A stretch of 64,000 nt of DNA, from NCBI GenBank assembly GCA_047601855.1, contig JASGIM010000002.1, forward strand, positions 708,277-772,276, in the 5' to 3' direction. A program made the translations under genes and the position numbers. The notes beneath the pieces were generated by a model. The model was not told the origin of the DNA. It saw only the letters and a program-made list of their open reading frames with translations, and did not search any database. Origin of the DNA: Flavobacteriales bacterium (GTDB taxonomy: Bacteria > Bacteroidota > Bacteroidia > Flavobacteriales_F > PHOS-HE28). How positions within the stretch are numbered: position 1 is the stretch's first letter; every line of letters starts with the position of its first letter. Positions 49,501 through 59,100 of this stretch are shown here, piece after piece.

Positions 49501-49766
49501 ATTCGTATAGGCGCCCTCACTTTCCGTGACCACCGCTCGGACCACACCAAGAGCTGCCTCTATGTCGAGCACTTCGGCGACAGCGACCTGAAGGTGCTGC
49601 GCGAACTGGCGAAGCAGGCGTATCCAGTGTGAAGGGTGCGAGGGATCGCGTGGCAGGACCGTACGGTCCGAGGAGCCCTGTCCTTAGACCCTCCCAACAC
49701 CCAGATCAGAACCGTTCCAAATAACCCCGTACCCCACCACGCCCGTCCCCGAAAACCACCGACCCC

Positions 49767-49774
49767 TACTTTTG
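49767..49774 (+). promoter_or_regulatory. -7 promoter motif TACTTTTG (TAnnTTTG), 41 nt upstream of sdhC
   Basis: Exact consensus match. Confidence 0.35.
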
Positions 49775-49814
49775 TCGTTGCAATGCCGGTATGTTCCGGT
49801 GACAATCCGCAAGC

Positions 49815-50504
49815 ATGGCTCGTAACGGACTCTTCGGCTCCTCCCTTGTCAAGAAGTACTGGATGGCCCTCACGGGCCTTTTCCTTGTCTCCTTCCTGGT
49901 GGTGCATGCCACCATCAACGGCATGATCTGGTTCAACGACGGTGGCGTCACCTTCAACTACTGGGCCCACTTCATGGGCACGAACCTGATCGTACGCACG
50001 CTGGAGATCGTGCTCTTCCTGGGCCTGCTCGTCCACATCGTGGATGGCCTGATGCTCTACTTCCAGAACCGTGCGGCACGGCCGGTCAAGTATGCGATGG
50101 AGAAGGGGAGCGCGAACCGCAAGTGGTACAGCAGCAGCATGGCCCTCCTTGGCACGCTCATCCTGCTCTTCCTGATCGTACACCTGGCCAACTTCTGGGT
50201 GAAGACGCGCCACATCATCGGCAGCGCCGAACAATACGGCACCGACGCCGAGGGCAAGGAGAACCTTTTCGCCATGATGCTGGACGTGTTCCAAAGCCCG
50301 CTGCTGGTGGTGATCTACGTGCTGGGCTGCTTCAGCCTGTTCTGGCACCTGCTGCACGGCTTCAAGAGCGCCTTCCAGAGCCTTGGCCTCAACCACAAGC
50401 GCTACAACCCCATCATCTCGGCCATCGGCACCGGCTTCAGCATCATCGTTCCGTTGATCTTCGCCCTGATGCCGGTGAGCATGTACTTCCGTTGGATCAA
50501 GTGA
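49815..50504 (+). CDS. sdhC: succinate dehydrogenase / fumarate reductase cytochrome b subunit (b558 family)
   Basis: 5-TM di-haem cytochrome b with conserved His residues, Bacteroidota-type, ahead of sdhA and sdhB. Confidence 0.85.
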   Translation: MARNGLFGSSLVKKYWMALTGLFLVSFLVVHATINGMIWFNDGGVTFNYWAHFMGTNLIVRTLEIVLFLGLLVHIVDGLMLYFQNRAARPVKYAMEKGSANRKWYSSSMALLGTLILLFLIVHLANFWVKTRHIIGSAEQYGTDAEGKENLFAMMLDVFQSPLLVVIYVLGCFSLFWHLLHGFKSAFQSLGLNHKRYNPIISAIGTGFSIIVPLIFALMPVSMYFRWIK

Positions 50505-50526
50505 CCACTGCGCAAATGCCCCGCAC

Positions 50527-50625
50527 AAGTGAATGGTCAATGGTGAATGGCGAATGGGATGGAGGCTGCTCCACCATTCGCCATTCGCTTTTCACCATTC
50601 ACTATTCGCCATTGACCATTCGCCC
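50527..50625. repeat. GAATGG-heptad palindromic element (copy C) between sdhC and sdhA
   Basis: GTGAATGGTCAATGGTGAATGGCGAATGGGATGG, loop, then CCATTCGCCATTCGCTTTTCACCATTCACTATTCGCCATTGACCATTCGCC. Confidence 0.7.
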
Positions 50626-50637
50626 CTTCCTCATCCC

Positions 50638-52640
50638 ATGAGCAAGCTCGACAGCAAGATCCCCCCGGTCCCATCGACAAGAAGTGGACCTATCACAAGG
50701 GGCATGCACGCATCGTGAACCCGGCCAACAAGCGCCGCATCGACATCATCGTGGTGGGTACGGGCCTGGCCGGTGCAGCTGCCGCCGCCTCGCTCGCTGA
50801 ACAGGGCTACAACGTGAAGGCGTTCTGCTTCCAGGACAGCGCCCGCCGCGCCCACAGCATCGCCGCGCAGGGTGGCATCAACGCCGCGAAGAACTACATG
50901 AACGACGGTGACAGCACCTACCGTCTGTTCTACGACACCGTGAAGGGTGGCGACTACCGCGCGCGGGAAGCCAACGTGTACCGCCTCGCGGAGGTGAGCG
51001 CGAACATCATCGACCAGTGCGTGGCGCAAGGTGTGCCCTTCGCCCGCGACTACGGCGGATTGCTGGACAACCGCAGCTTCGGCGGCGTGCAGGTGAGCCG
51101 CACGTTCTATGCCCGCGGGCAGACCGGCCAGCAGTTGCTGCTCGGCGCATACAGCGCGCTGATGCGTCAGGTGGGCAAGGGGGCCGTGCAGATGTTCGAC
51201 CGCCACGAGATGCTCGACGTGGTGGTGATCGACGGCAAGGCGCGCGGCATCATCGCCCGCAACCTGATCACGGGCGAGATCGAACGCCATGGTGGGCATG
51301 CCGTGCTGCTCTGCACCGGCGGTTATGGCAACGTGTTCTTCCTGAGCACGAACGCCATGGGCAGCAACGTCACCGCTGCTTGGAAAGCGCACAAGCGGGG
51401 CGCCTTCTTCGGCAACCCGTGCTACACGCAGATCCACCCCACGTGCATCCCCGTGAGCGGCCATCACCAAAGCAAGCTCACGCTGATGAGCGAATCGCTC
51501 CGTAACGACGGCCGCATCTGGGTGCCCAAGAAGCTGGAGGATGCGCAGGCCATCCGCGAAGGCCGCAAGAAGGGCCGCGACATCCCCGAGGAGGACCGCG
51601 ATTACTACCTCGAACGCCGCTATCCGGCCTTCGGCAACCTGGTACCGCGCGACGTGGCCAGCCGTGCCGCCAAGGAGCGTTGCGATGCGGGCTTCGGCGT
51701 GAACAAGACCGGCGAGGCCGTGTACCTCGACTTCGGTGCGGCCTTCGAGCGCTATGGGAAGCAGCAGGCCAACATCCAGAAGCTGGAGAACCCAAGCCAC
51801 GGAATGATCATCGAGCTGGGTAAGAAGATCGTGAGCGAGAAGTACGGCAACCTCTTCGACATGTACGAGAACATCGTCGGCGAGAACCCGTACGACCACG
51901 CCATGAAGATCTACCCCGCGGTGCACTACACCATGGGCGGCCTGTGGGTGGATTACAACCTGCAGACCACTGTGCCCGGCCTCTTCGCCTTGGGTGAAGC
52001 GAACTTCAGCGATCATGGCGCCAACCGTCTCGGTGCTTCCGCGCTGATGCAGGGCCTGGCCGATGGCTACTTTGTGATCCCCTACACCGCGGGCGACTAT
52101 CTGGCGGACGACATCCGAACGGGGCCGATCGATACGAAGCGCCCCGAGTTCGAAGCTGCGGAGAAGGAGCAAAAGGACCGCATCAGCCACTTCCTGAACA
52201 ACAAGGGAACAAAACCGGTGGATGATTTCCATCGTCGCTTGGGCAAGGTGATGTGGGACAAATGCGGCATGGCGCGCAACGCGGAAGGACTGAGGGAGGC
52301 GATCGAGGAGATCCGCGCCATTCGCGAAGATTTCTGGAAGAATGTGCGTGTGCCGGGCAAGGCGGGTGAATTCAACCAGGAACTGGAGAAGGCCGGCCGC
52401 GTGGCGGATTTCCTGGAGCTGGGCGAACTGATGTGCATCGACGCGCTCGATCGCAACGAGAGCTGCGGCGGCCACTTCCGCGAGGAATACCAGACGCCGG
52501 ACGGCGAGGCCAAGCGTGATGACGAGCATTTCGCCTACGTGTCGGCGTGGGAATGGAAAGGCGACCCGGGTAAAGAGGACTTGCACAAAGAGCCGCTCAC
52601 CTTCGAAGAAGTGAAGCTGACGCAACGTTCATATAAGTAG
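50638..52640 (+). CDS. sdhA: succinate dehydrogenase / fumarate reductase flavoprotein subunit (1-nt deletion in a C-run at 50661-50666 breaks the frame after codon 9)
   Basis: MSKLDSKIP then, in the next frame, [36 protein letters not shown]... matches the Bacteroides-type SdhA N-terminus MxxLDSKIPEGPIAEKWTxYK. The remainder (FAD-binding GGxxxAxxAH, [11 protein letters not shown]) is intact to 52640. Confidence 0.85.
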
Positions 52641-52704
52641 GTCCACATGTAGCGTCGATCCATTCTGAGCGCAGTCGGTCGGCCTACCAACAGAATAGAG
52701 GAAC

Positions 52705-53463
52705 ATGGGCAACATGAAGCTGACATTGAAGGTGTGGCGCCAGAACGGCCCCAACGATAAAGGCAAGATCGTCGATTACCCTGTGAACGACGTTTCCGAG
52801 GACATGTCGTTCTTGGAAATGCTCGACGTGCTGAACGACGATCTCGTGCGCAAGGGCGAAGACCCGATCGCGTTCGACCATGATTGCCGCGAAGGCATCT
52901 GCGGCATGTGCAGCCTGTTCATCAACGGCGAGGCGCATGGCCCGGGCCGGGGCATCACCACCTGCCAGTTGCACATGCGCAAGTTCAAGGACGGCGACAC
53001 CATCTACGTGGAGCCTTGGCGCAGCGCGGCCTTCCCCGTGATCAAGGACCTCGCCGTGCAGCGCGGCGCCTTCGACCGGATCCAGGCGGCGGGTGGCTTC
53101 GTAAGCGTGAACACCAGCGGCAACCTCGTGGACGGCAACGCGCTGCCCATCCCCAAGGACGATGCCGATAAGGCCTTCGATGCCGCCACCTGCATCGGCT
53201 GCGGCGCATGCGTGGCCTCCTGTCCCAATGGCAGTGCCATGCTGTTCGTAGCGGCGAAGGTTTCGCAACTCTCGCTACTGCCACAGGGCCGTCCCGAAGC
53301 CAAGCGTCGCGCCCTCGCCATGGTGGAGCAGATGGACAAGGAAGGCTTTGGCAATTGCAGTAACGTCGGCGCCTGCGAGGTGGAATGCCCCAAGCAGATC
53401 AGCTTGGAGCACATCGCACGGTTGAACCGGGAGTATTTGGTGGCTACGGCGACGAAGGAGTGA
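52705..53463 (+). CDS. sdhB: succinate dehydrogenase / fumarate reductase iron-sulfur subunit
   Basis: 2Fe-2S ([10 protein letters not shown]), 4Fe-4S ([12 protein letters not shown]) and 3Fe-4S ([12 protein letters not shown]) cysteine motifs. Confidence 0.9.
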   Translation: MGNMKLTLKVWRQNGPNDKGKIVDYPVNDVSEDMSFLEMLDVLNDDLVRKGEDPIAFDHDCREGICGMCSLFINGEAHGPGRGITTCQLHMRKFKDGDTIYVEPWRSAAFPVIKDLAVQRGAFDRIQAAGGFVSVNTSGNLVDGNALPIPKDDADKAFDAATCIGCGACVASCPNGSAMLFVAAKVSQLSLLPQGRPEAKRRALAMVEQMDKEGFGNCSNVGACEVECPKQISLEHIARLNREYLVATATKE

Positions 53464-53578
53464 TCGCATGGATCTTCCGCATACGCGAGGAAGAGGTCTT
53501 CTGATACCGACGTGCCCTTGGTCGGATATCGAAGAGTTCTACTTTCGGCCCGCTCAAGATTAGGGATGGGGAGAAGCA

Positions 53579-53875
53579 ATGGCAGAGTTGGTCCGCCATA
53601 TCCGTTCGGCTGGATACGCTGACCGGCTCTTCGCGTTCACTTCCATGCAGGAACTGATCGTTGGGCTTTATCCCGAGCTTGAGCGCGGTGTCGAAACCTT
53701 GCATGTGCTGTATGATGATAGCAGTGGTTCCTATCGACTCAGGTACTACGCCACTCCTACAAGGCAGCCGGAAGTAGAGCGCCTTTACCCAAAGGAGATC
53801 GGGCTGAAAAAGTTCAATGATCTCGTGGGCTATCTGAACTGGTCATCTCTGGTACCGCAACTCAGCGGTCCGTAG
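53579..53875 (+). CDS. hypothetical 98-aa protein encoded in the low-GC insert
   Basis: ORF MAELVRHIRSAGYADRLFAFTSMQELIVGLYPELERG... uses AT-richer codons than its neighbours. No recognisable domain. Confidence 0.35.
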   Translation: MAELVRHIRSAGYADRLFAFTSMQELIVGLYPELERGVETLHVLYDDSSGSYRLRYYATPTRQPEVERLYPKEIGLKKFNDLVGYLNWSSLVPQLSGP

Positions 53876-53931
53876 GTCCTCCGTTGTACAGTGATTCTGG
53901 CTCGCGTCAGCCACCGGTATCTCGATTCGAG

Positions 53932-54015
53932 GAGGAATGTCCCAAGCAGATCAGCCTTGAACATATCGCAAGATCGAACCGGAAGTACCCGGCAGCGACG
54001 GTGACGAAGGAGTGA
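53932..54015 (+). repeat. degenerate duplicate (~79% nt identity) of the last 27 codons and stop of sdhB
   Basis: GAGGAATGTCCCAAGCAGATCAGCCTTGAACATATCGCAAGATCGAACCGGAAG...ACGAAGGAGTGA aligns with 53381..53463 (GTGGAATGCCCCAAGCAGATCAGCTTGGAGCACATCGCACGGTTGAACCGGGAG...ACGAAGGAGTGA). It encodes [27 protein letters not shown]. Confidence 0.7.
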
Positions 54016-54037
54016 TAACGACCGATATGATAATTGA

Positions 54038-54064
54038 GGGCCGCTCGAAGAGCGGCCTTTTTTG
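54038..54064 (+). terminator. canonical rho-independent terminator GGCCGCTC-GAAG-AGCGGCC followed by TTTTTT
   Basis: Read directly. Follows the sdhB 3'-end remnant. Confidence 0.6.
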
Positions 54065-54230
54065 TGCGGTTGTCAGTCGATGGAGATTTTCAGATCAGCG
54101 GTACTCAGCCCGTGACCAGCCATCGAACTGATGTTGGCGGTATTCACGATCGCATCTGCCGGAACCGTCGTGATGTCACGTACTTCGGACGTTCATGGAA
54201 CGAGGATCGTCGCGACTAGCTTCGCCGATC

Positions 54231-55373
54231 ATGCGGAACGGTTCGAAGCTTCCCCACGTTGGCATCACCATCTTCTCGGTGATGAGCAAGCTGGCGCAGG
54301 AGTGCGGCGCCATCAACCTCAGCCAAGGCTTTCCCGATTTCCCGATCGATGAGCGGTTGAGCGGGATGGTGGGCGCTGCCATGCGCGCGGGCCACAACCA
54401 GTACGCGCCCATGCCCGGCCTGCCTGCCCTGCGCGAGGCGATCGCCGCCAAGGTGGAGCGGCTATACGGCTTCGCGTACGATCCCGATACAGAGGTGACC
54501 GTAACGGCCGGTGCCACGCAGGCCATCTTCACGGCCATCGCCGCCGTGGTGCATCCGGGCGATGAGGTCATCATCGTGGATCCCGCCTACGATTGCTACG
54601 CGCCCACGGTGGCGCTGTTCGGTGGCGTGCCCGTGCATGTGCGGCTTGGTGAAGACATGCGGTTCGATGGGGAGGCCGTGAAGAACGCTATCACGCCGCG
54701 CACCCGCCTGTTGATGGTGAACACGCCACACAACCCGGCGGGCGCCATCCTGCGCGATGCCGACATGCGCCGCATCGCGGACATGCTGCGCGGAACGGAC
54801 ATCATCCTGTTGAGCGATGAAGTGTACGAGCACCTCGTCTTCGATGGCGAACCGCATGCATCGGTGGTCCGCCATCCGGAGCTGCGCGATCGGGCCTTTG
54901 TGATCTTCAGTTTCGGCAAGGTGTTCCATGCCACTGGTTGGAAGATGGGCTACGCGCTCGCGCCGAAGGACGTGATGGCCGAGTTCCGCAAGGTGCACCA
55001 GTTCAACGTCTTCAGTGTACACACGCCGGTGCAGCATGCGCTGGCCGCGTATCTGCAGGAGCCCCGGCATTACGAGGAGCTTCCCGCGTTCTATCAGGCC
55101 AAGCGCGACCGTTTCGTCCTGGGCATGCGCGGCTCGCGTTTCAAGTTGCTGCCTTGTGAAGGATCCTATTTCCAAACGGCCGACTACACGGCGATCACCA
55201 ATGAGGACGACCTCATTTTCGCACAGCGCCTGACGCGCGAGGGTGGCGTGGCCGCCATTCCGCTCTCGCCGTTCTATAAGGACCCACCGGCAGGCCAACG
55301 CCTGCTGCGCTTCTGCTTCGCCAAGCAGGACGCTACCTTGGATGCCGCGATCGAGAAGCTATGCCGGATCTGA
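54231..55373 (+). CDS. ybdL: methionine aminotransferase (class I/II PLP aminotransferase, YbdL-like)
   Basis: KLPHVGITIFSVMSKLAQECGAINLSQGFPDF...NQYAPMPGLPALREAIA...LMVNTPHNPAGA...SFGKVFHATGWKMGY is colinear with E. coli YbdL. Confidence 0.85.
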   Translation: MRNGSKLPHVGITIFSVMSKLAQECGAINLSQGFPDFPIDERLSGMVGAAMRAGHNQYAPMPGLPALREAIAAKVERLYGFAYDPDTEVTVTAGATQAIFTAIAAVVHPGDEVIIVDPAYDCYAPTVALFGGVPVHVRLGEDMRFDGEAVKNAITPRTRLLMVNTPHNPAGAILRDADMRRIADMLRGTDIILLSDEVYEHLVFDGEPHASVVRHPELRDRAFVIFSFGKVFHATGWKMGYALAPKDVMAEFRKVHQFNVFSVHTPVQHALAAYLQEPRHYEELPAFYQAKRDRFVLGMRGSRFKLLPCEGSYFQTADYTAITNEDDLIFAQRLTREGGVAAIPLSPFYKDPPAGQRLLRFCFAKQDATLDAAIEKLCRI

Positions 55374-56137
55374 GGGTGGCACTTGTGCAGAGCATGCTCC
55401 ATTGGGAGGATGCGGACGCGAACCGCGGCATGTTCAGCGGTAAGCTGGATGCGTTGAAGGGTACGGTGGACCTCGTTGTGCTGCCGGAGATGTTCACCAC
55501 GGGCTTCAGCATGCGGAGCGCCGAACTGGCGGAGGACATGAACGGCCCTACCGTTCAATGGATGCGCGAACAGGCCGATCTCCTGGATGCGGCGATCTAT
55601 GGCAGCGCGATCATCACGGAGGGCGGGAAGTGCTTCAATCGTGGCCTGTTCGTGAAGCCCGGAGGTGAGCTGTCGATCTATGACAAGCGCCATCTGTTCC
55701 GCTTCGCGAACGAGACCGACCACTATAGCCCCGGCCAGGAGCGCGTGGTGGTGGCATGGCGTGGCTGGCGCATCCTGTTGCAGATCTGCTTCGACCTGCG
55801 GTTCCCGGTGTTCGCACGGGATCGTGGCGATTATGATGCGATGCTCTACGTGGCCTGCTGGCCGGAAGCGCGCCGCTATCCCTGGTCACAGCTGCTGATC
55901 GCAAGGGCGATCGAGAACCAGGCGTATGTCATCGGCGTCAACCGTGTGGGTATGGATGGCGCGGGGCACCATTACTCCGGTGATTCCATTGCCTTGGATC
56001 CGAAAGGGATGGCGATGGCGCAGCTAACGGCTGCGCAGGAGGAGGTCCGCACCGTGGTGCTGGACCATCAGGCATTATTGGACTTCCGGGCGAAATTCCC
56101 GGTCCGCCTCGAGGCGGATGCGTTCGATCTGCGGTGA
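55361..56137 (+). CDS. yafV: omega-amidase (nitrilase-superfamily, YafV-like)
   Basis: Glu-Lys-Cys triad context (VLPEMF, KRHLF, QICFDLRFP). The ybdL-yafV pairing is conserved. Confidence 0.8.
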   Translation: MPDLRVALVQSMLHWEDADANRGMFSGKLDALKGTVDLVVLPEMFTTGFSMRSAELAEDMNGPTVQWMREQADLLDAAIYGSAIITEGGKCFNRGLFVKPGGELSIYDKRHLFRFANETDHYSPGQERVVVAWRGWRILLQICFDLRFPVFARDRGDYDAMLYVACWPEARRYPWSQLLIARAIENQAYVIGVNRVGMDGAGHHYSGDSIALDPKGMAMAQLTAAQEEVRTVVLDHQALLDFRAKFPVRLEADAFDLR

Positions 56138-56147
56138 TCGCCGTTGC

Positions 56148-59100
56148 TCAGCGCAGCACCTGCACCTGGCCCATCTCCTTGTGCTCGAAGCCCACGGTTC
56201 CGTCGCTCTGCTCGATGAACTTGTACGTCATGCGCCAGACGTACATGTCGTTCGGGGCCGGACGGCCAGCGATCGTGCCGTCCCACGCCTGTGACAGATC
56301 GGTGGCATGGAAGACGAGCCCACCCCAGCGGTCGAACACCTGGAGGTCGAGGTCCACGACGTTGTTGCCGACCGGTTGCCAGGAATCGTTGCGGCCATCA
56401 CCGTTCGGCGTGAAGGCATTGGGTATGTAGAGGCTCGGCGGGCAGAATTCGTTCACCATCACGCTGTCGGTGATGGAGCAGCCGTACGCGTTCGTGATGC
56501 GTACCACGTGCCAGCCGTATTCCCCCGCCATGATTGTCCGCGTGGTCTCCCCCGTGTTCCAGCTGTATGTGCAGTGCTCGTTACCGGCATCCACGGCGAT
56601 CGCGTGCGGATCTTCGTTCAAGCAGGTGTAGAGCTGATGCACGGGGGCACGGAGCGGGATCGGGTTGAAGATTACCTGGATCGCATCGGTGGTGATGCAA
56701 TGCCCATTGTCCACGGCCACCGAATAGGAGCCGCTGCCGGTCACCGCCAGGGTGCTGGCGTGTGAGCCGTTGCTCCAGGTGAACGATGCGCCCGGATGAT
56801 CCCCGGCGTTCAGCGTGAGCACTTCGCCATCGCACAGCACCGTGTCCGCGCCGATATCCACCACCGGGTAGGGCACGAACGCCACCTGCGCGTCAAAATG
56901 GCCCACGCAGCCGTGTTCCGTGGTCACGGTCACCGTGCGCAGGCCGCCGGGTGCGCTCACGGTCAGTGTGCTTGTCCGTGCGTCGTTGTCCCACAGATAG
57001 GTGGAGCCTGCATTGCCGGCATCCAGTGTCACGGGCTGATCGATGCAGGAGGTGATGTCCTGTAGCACGTCCACGGGCAATGGATCGAAGCGCACCGCGA
57101 TGGAGTCGGTGGCGTTGCAGTAGCCGTTGGATACCGTCACGCGGAACGTGCCGGAGGCCGTGGGCGTGATCGTGCGTGTGTGGTCGCCGGTGTTCCAGGT
57201 ATGGGTGAGCGCAGGGGAACCGGCATCGAGCACCAGGGGCAGGCCATCGCACAGCGCGGTATCGGGGCCCAGTTCCACGTGTACCACCGGCATCAAGGTC
57301 ACCAGGGCATCGAAGGTCCGGCTGCAACCTTGCGGCGTGGTCACGATCACGCTGTAGGTGCCGCTGCTGTTCGGCGTGATCTGCCGCGCGTGCGAGCCAT
57401 CGCTCCAGGCATAAGTTGAGCCGGTGTTGCCTGCATCCAACACCAACGGTTCGCTTTCACATTGTGTCACGTCGTGCAGTACGTCCACGGGCGCAGCGGC
57501 CAGGGTCACTTGCACGGCATCACCGCTCTGGCACCCCTGGGGTGAAGTGGCTTGTACGCTGTACATGCCGCTGCTTGTCACGGTGATCAGCTGCGTGTGG
57601 TCGCCCGTGTTCCACGTCAGCGCATTGCCGGACGAACGTGCGTCGAGCGTGAAGGAGGCCGCGCCGCAGAGCATGGTGTCCGGACCCAGGTCCACCTGTG
57701 GGAGCGGGGAGAACGAGGCCACGAACGTCATGATCGCCTGGCAGAACCGGGGATCGGTGATCGTGGCCGTGTAGGAACCGGGCGTGTTCACGGTAATCGT
57801 TCGCGTACGATCGCCCGTGGTCCAGTCATAGGTGGATCCCGGGAAGCCCGCATCCAACACCAACGGCTGGCCGGCGCATGCGCTCACATGGACCGGGGTC
57901 AGCAGATCGTCGAAGGCCACGCTGATGCGCACCGAATCCGAAGCGGAACAGCCGAAGGCATCGGTGATCGTCACCCGGTAGGTGGCGGAGCTGTCGTGCA
58001 GGATGGTGGGTGCCGCGATGTTGGCGGCATTCAGGTTGGCCGCCGGTGTCCATGCGATCGAATAGGGGGCCGGCACGTCGTGCGTGGCGATAAGTTGCCG
58101 GCCCAGGGCCGTGCATACGGTGGTGTCGTTCGGAAGGCTCAGATGGTAGGGCCCGTGCACCACGATGGTCACGTTATCAGTAAGGGAGCAGCCGCTGGCG
58201 ATATCGGTCACCGTGCAGGTATAGGTGGTGGTCTCCGTTGGTGATGCCGTGGGGTTGGCGGCATGGGCATCCGACAATCCTGCCGCGGGTGACCAACTGA
58301 TGCTGTAGTCGCCCGTGGCGGTGATCGTGGCTTGCAACGTGGTCTGCTCGCCACTGCACAGTTGCGCGTCCGGTGTGGTCACGCTCAAGGCGGTGAGCTG
58401 GCCCACCGTCACGCGCATGGTCTTCGTATCGGTGCAGCCCAGGTTGCTGGTGGCCGTCAGGGTGTAATTGGTGGTCGCGTTGGGGGTGGCGGTGACGTTG
58501 GGCGCGTCCGGGTGATCGATGGAGCCGTTGTTCGGCGTCCAGGCCCATTGCACGCCCTGGCCCGAGGTCACGTGTGCGTGCAGTTGGATGCCGGCATTTC
58601 CGCAACGTACGGTGTCCGCGATGGGAACGATGCTGAACGCCGGTGCCACCGTGACCTGCACCGAATCGGCATAGCTGCAGCCGGAGGGCGTGCTCGTGCT
58701 GACGTGGTATCGTGCATCGGCCGTCGGCGTGGCCGTGGTGACCGCTGCGGTGGGTGCGGTGAGCGATGCGGCCGGTGTCCACGTCCACGGCAGTCCGGTG
58801 TTGTCGAGGCGCGTCAGCACGACGTTGTCCAATGCCCAGTTGTCCTGGCCTGCGCCGGAGTGGCTCAGCTGGCGCCAGCGCACCAAGGTGTTCGCTCCTG
58901 GCCCGTTCAGTGCCGGGATCTCCACGTCCATGTTCGTGAAGGAGGGATACCCGGCTTCATTGAACGTGGCCAGCGTCGTCCAGTTGGTGCCGTTGTTCAC
59001 GCTGTATTCGAACACCACGTCCTCTCCCGGCTCGGCATCGTCGCAGGGCGCCGTGCCCGCCGCGATCTTCAGCGCGAAGTGCGCCCGCCCGCCGCCGGAA

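Larger units (their letters stand above)
53464..54230. other. lower-GC (~50-55%) insert directly after sdhB, ending in a degenerate second copy of the sdhB 3' end and a terminator
   Basis: Composition shift is visible by eye against the ~66% GC background. Contents are listed as separate features. Confidence 0.5.

Noticed and set aside
50631-52625. 664-aa minus-strand ORF opposite sdhA, and 648-aa ORF 21046..22992 opposite the TPR gene
   Set aside because: Antisense shadows of clearly homologous + strand genes.
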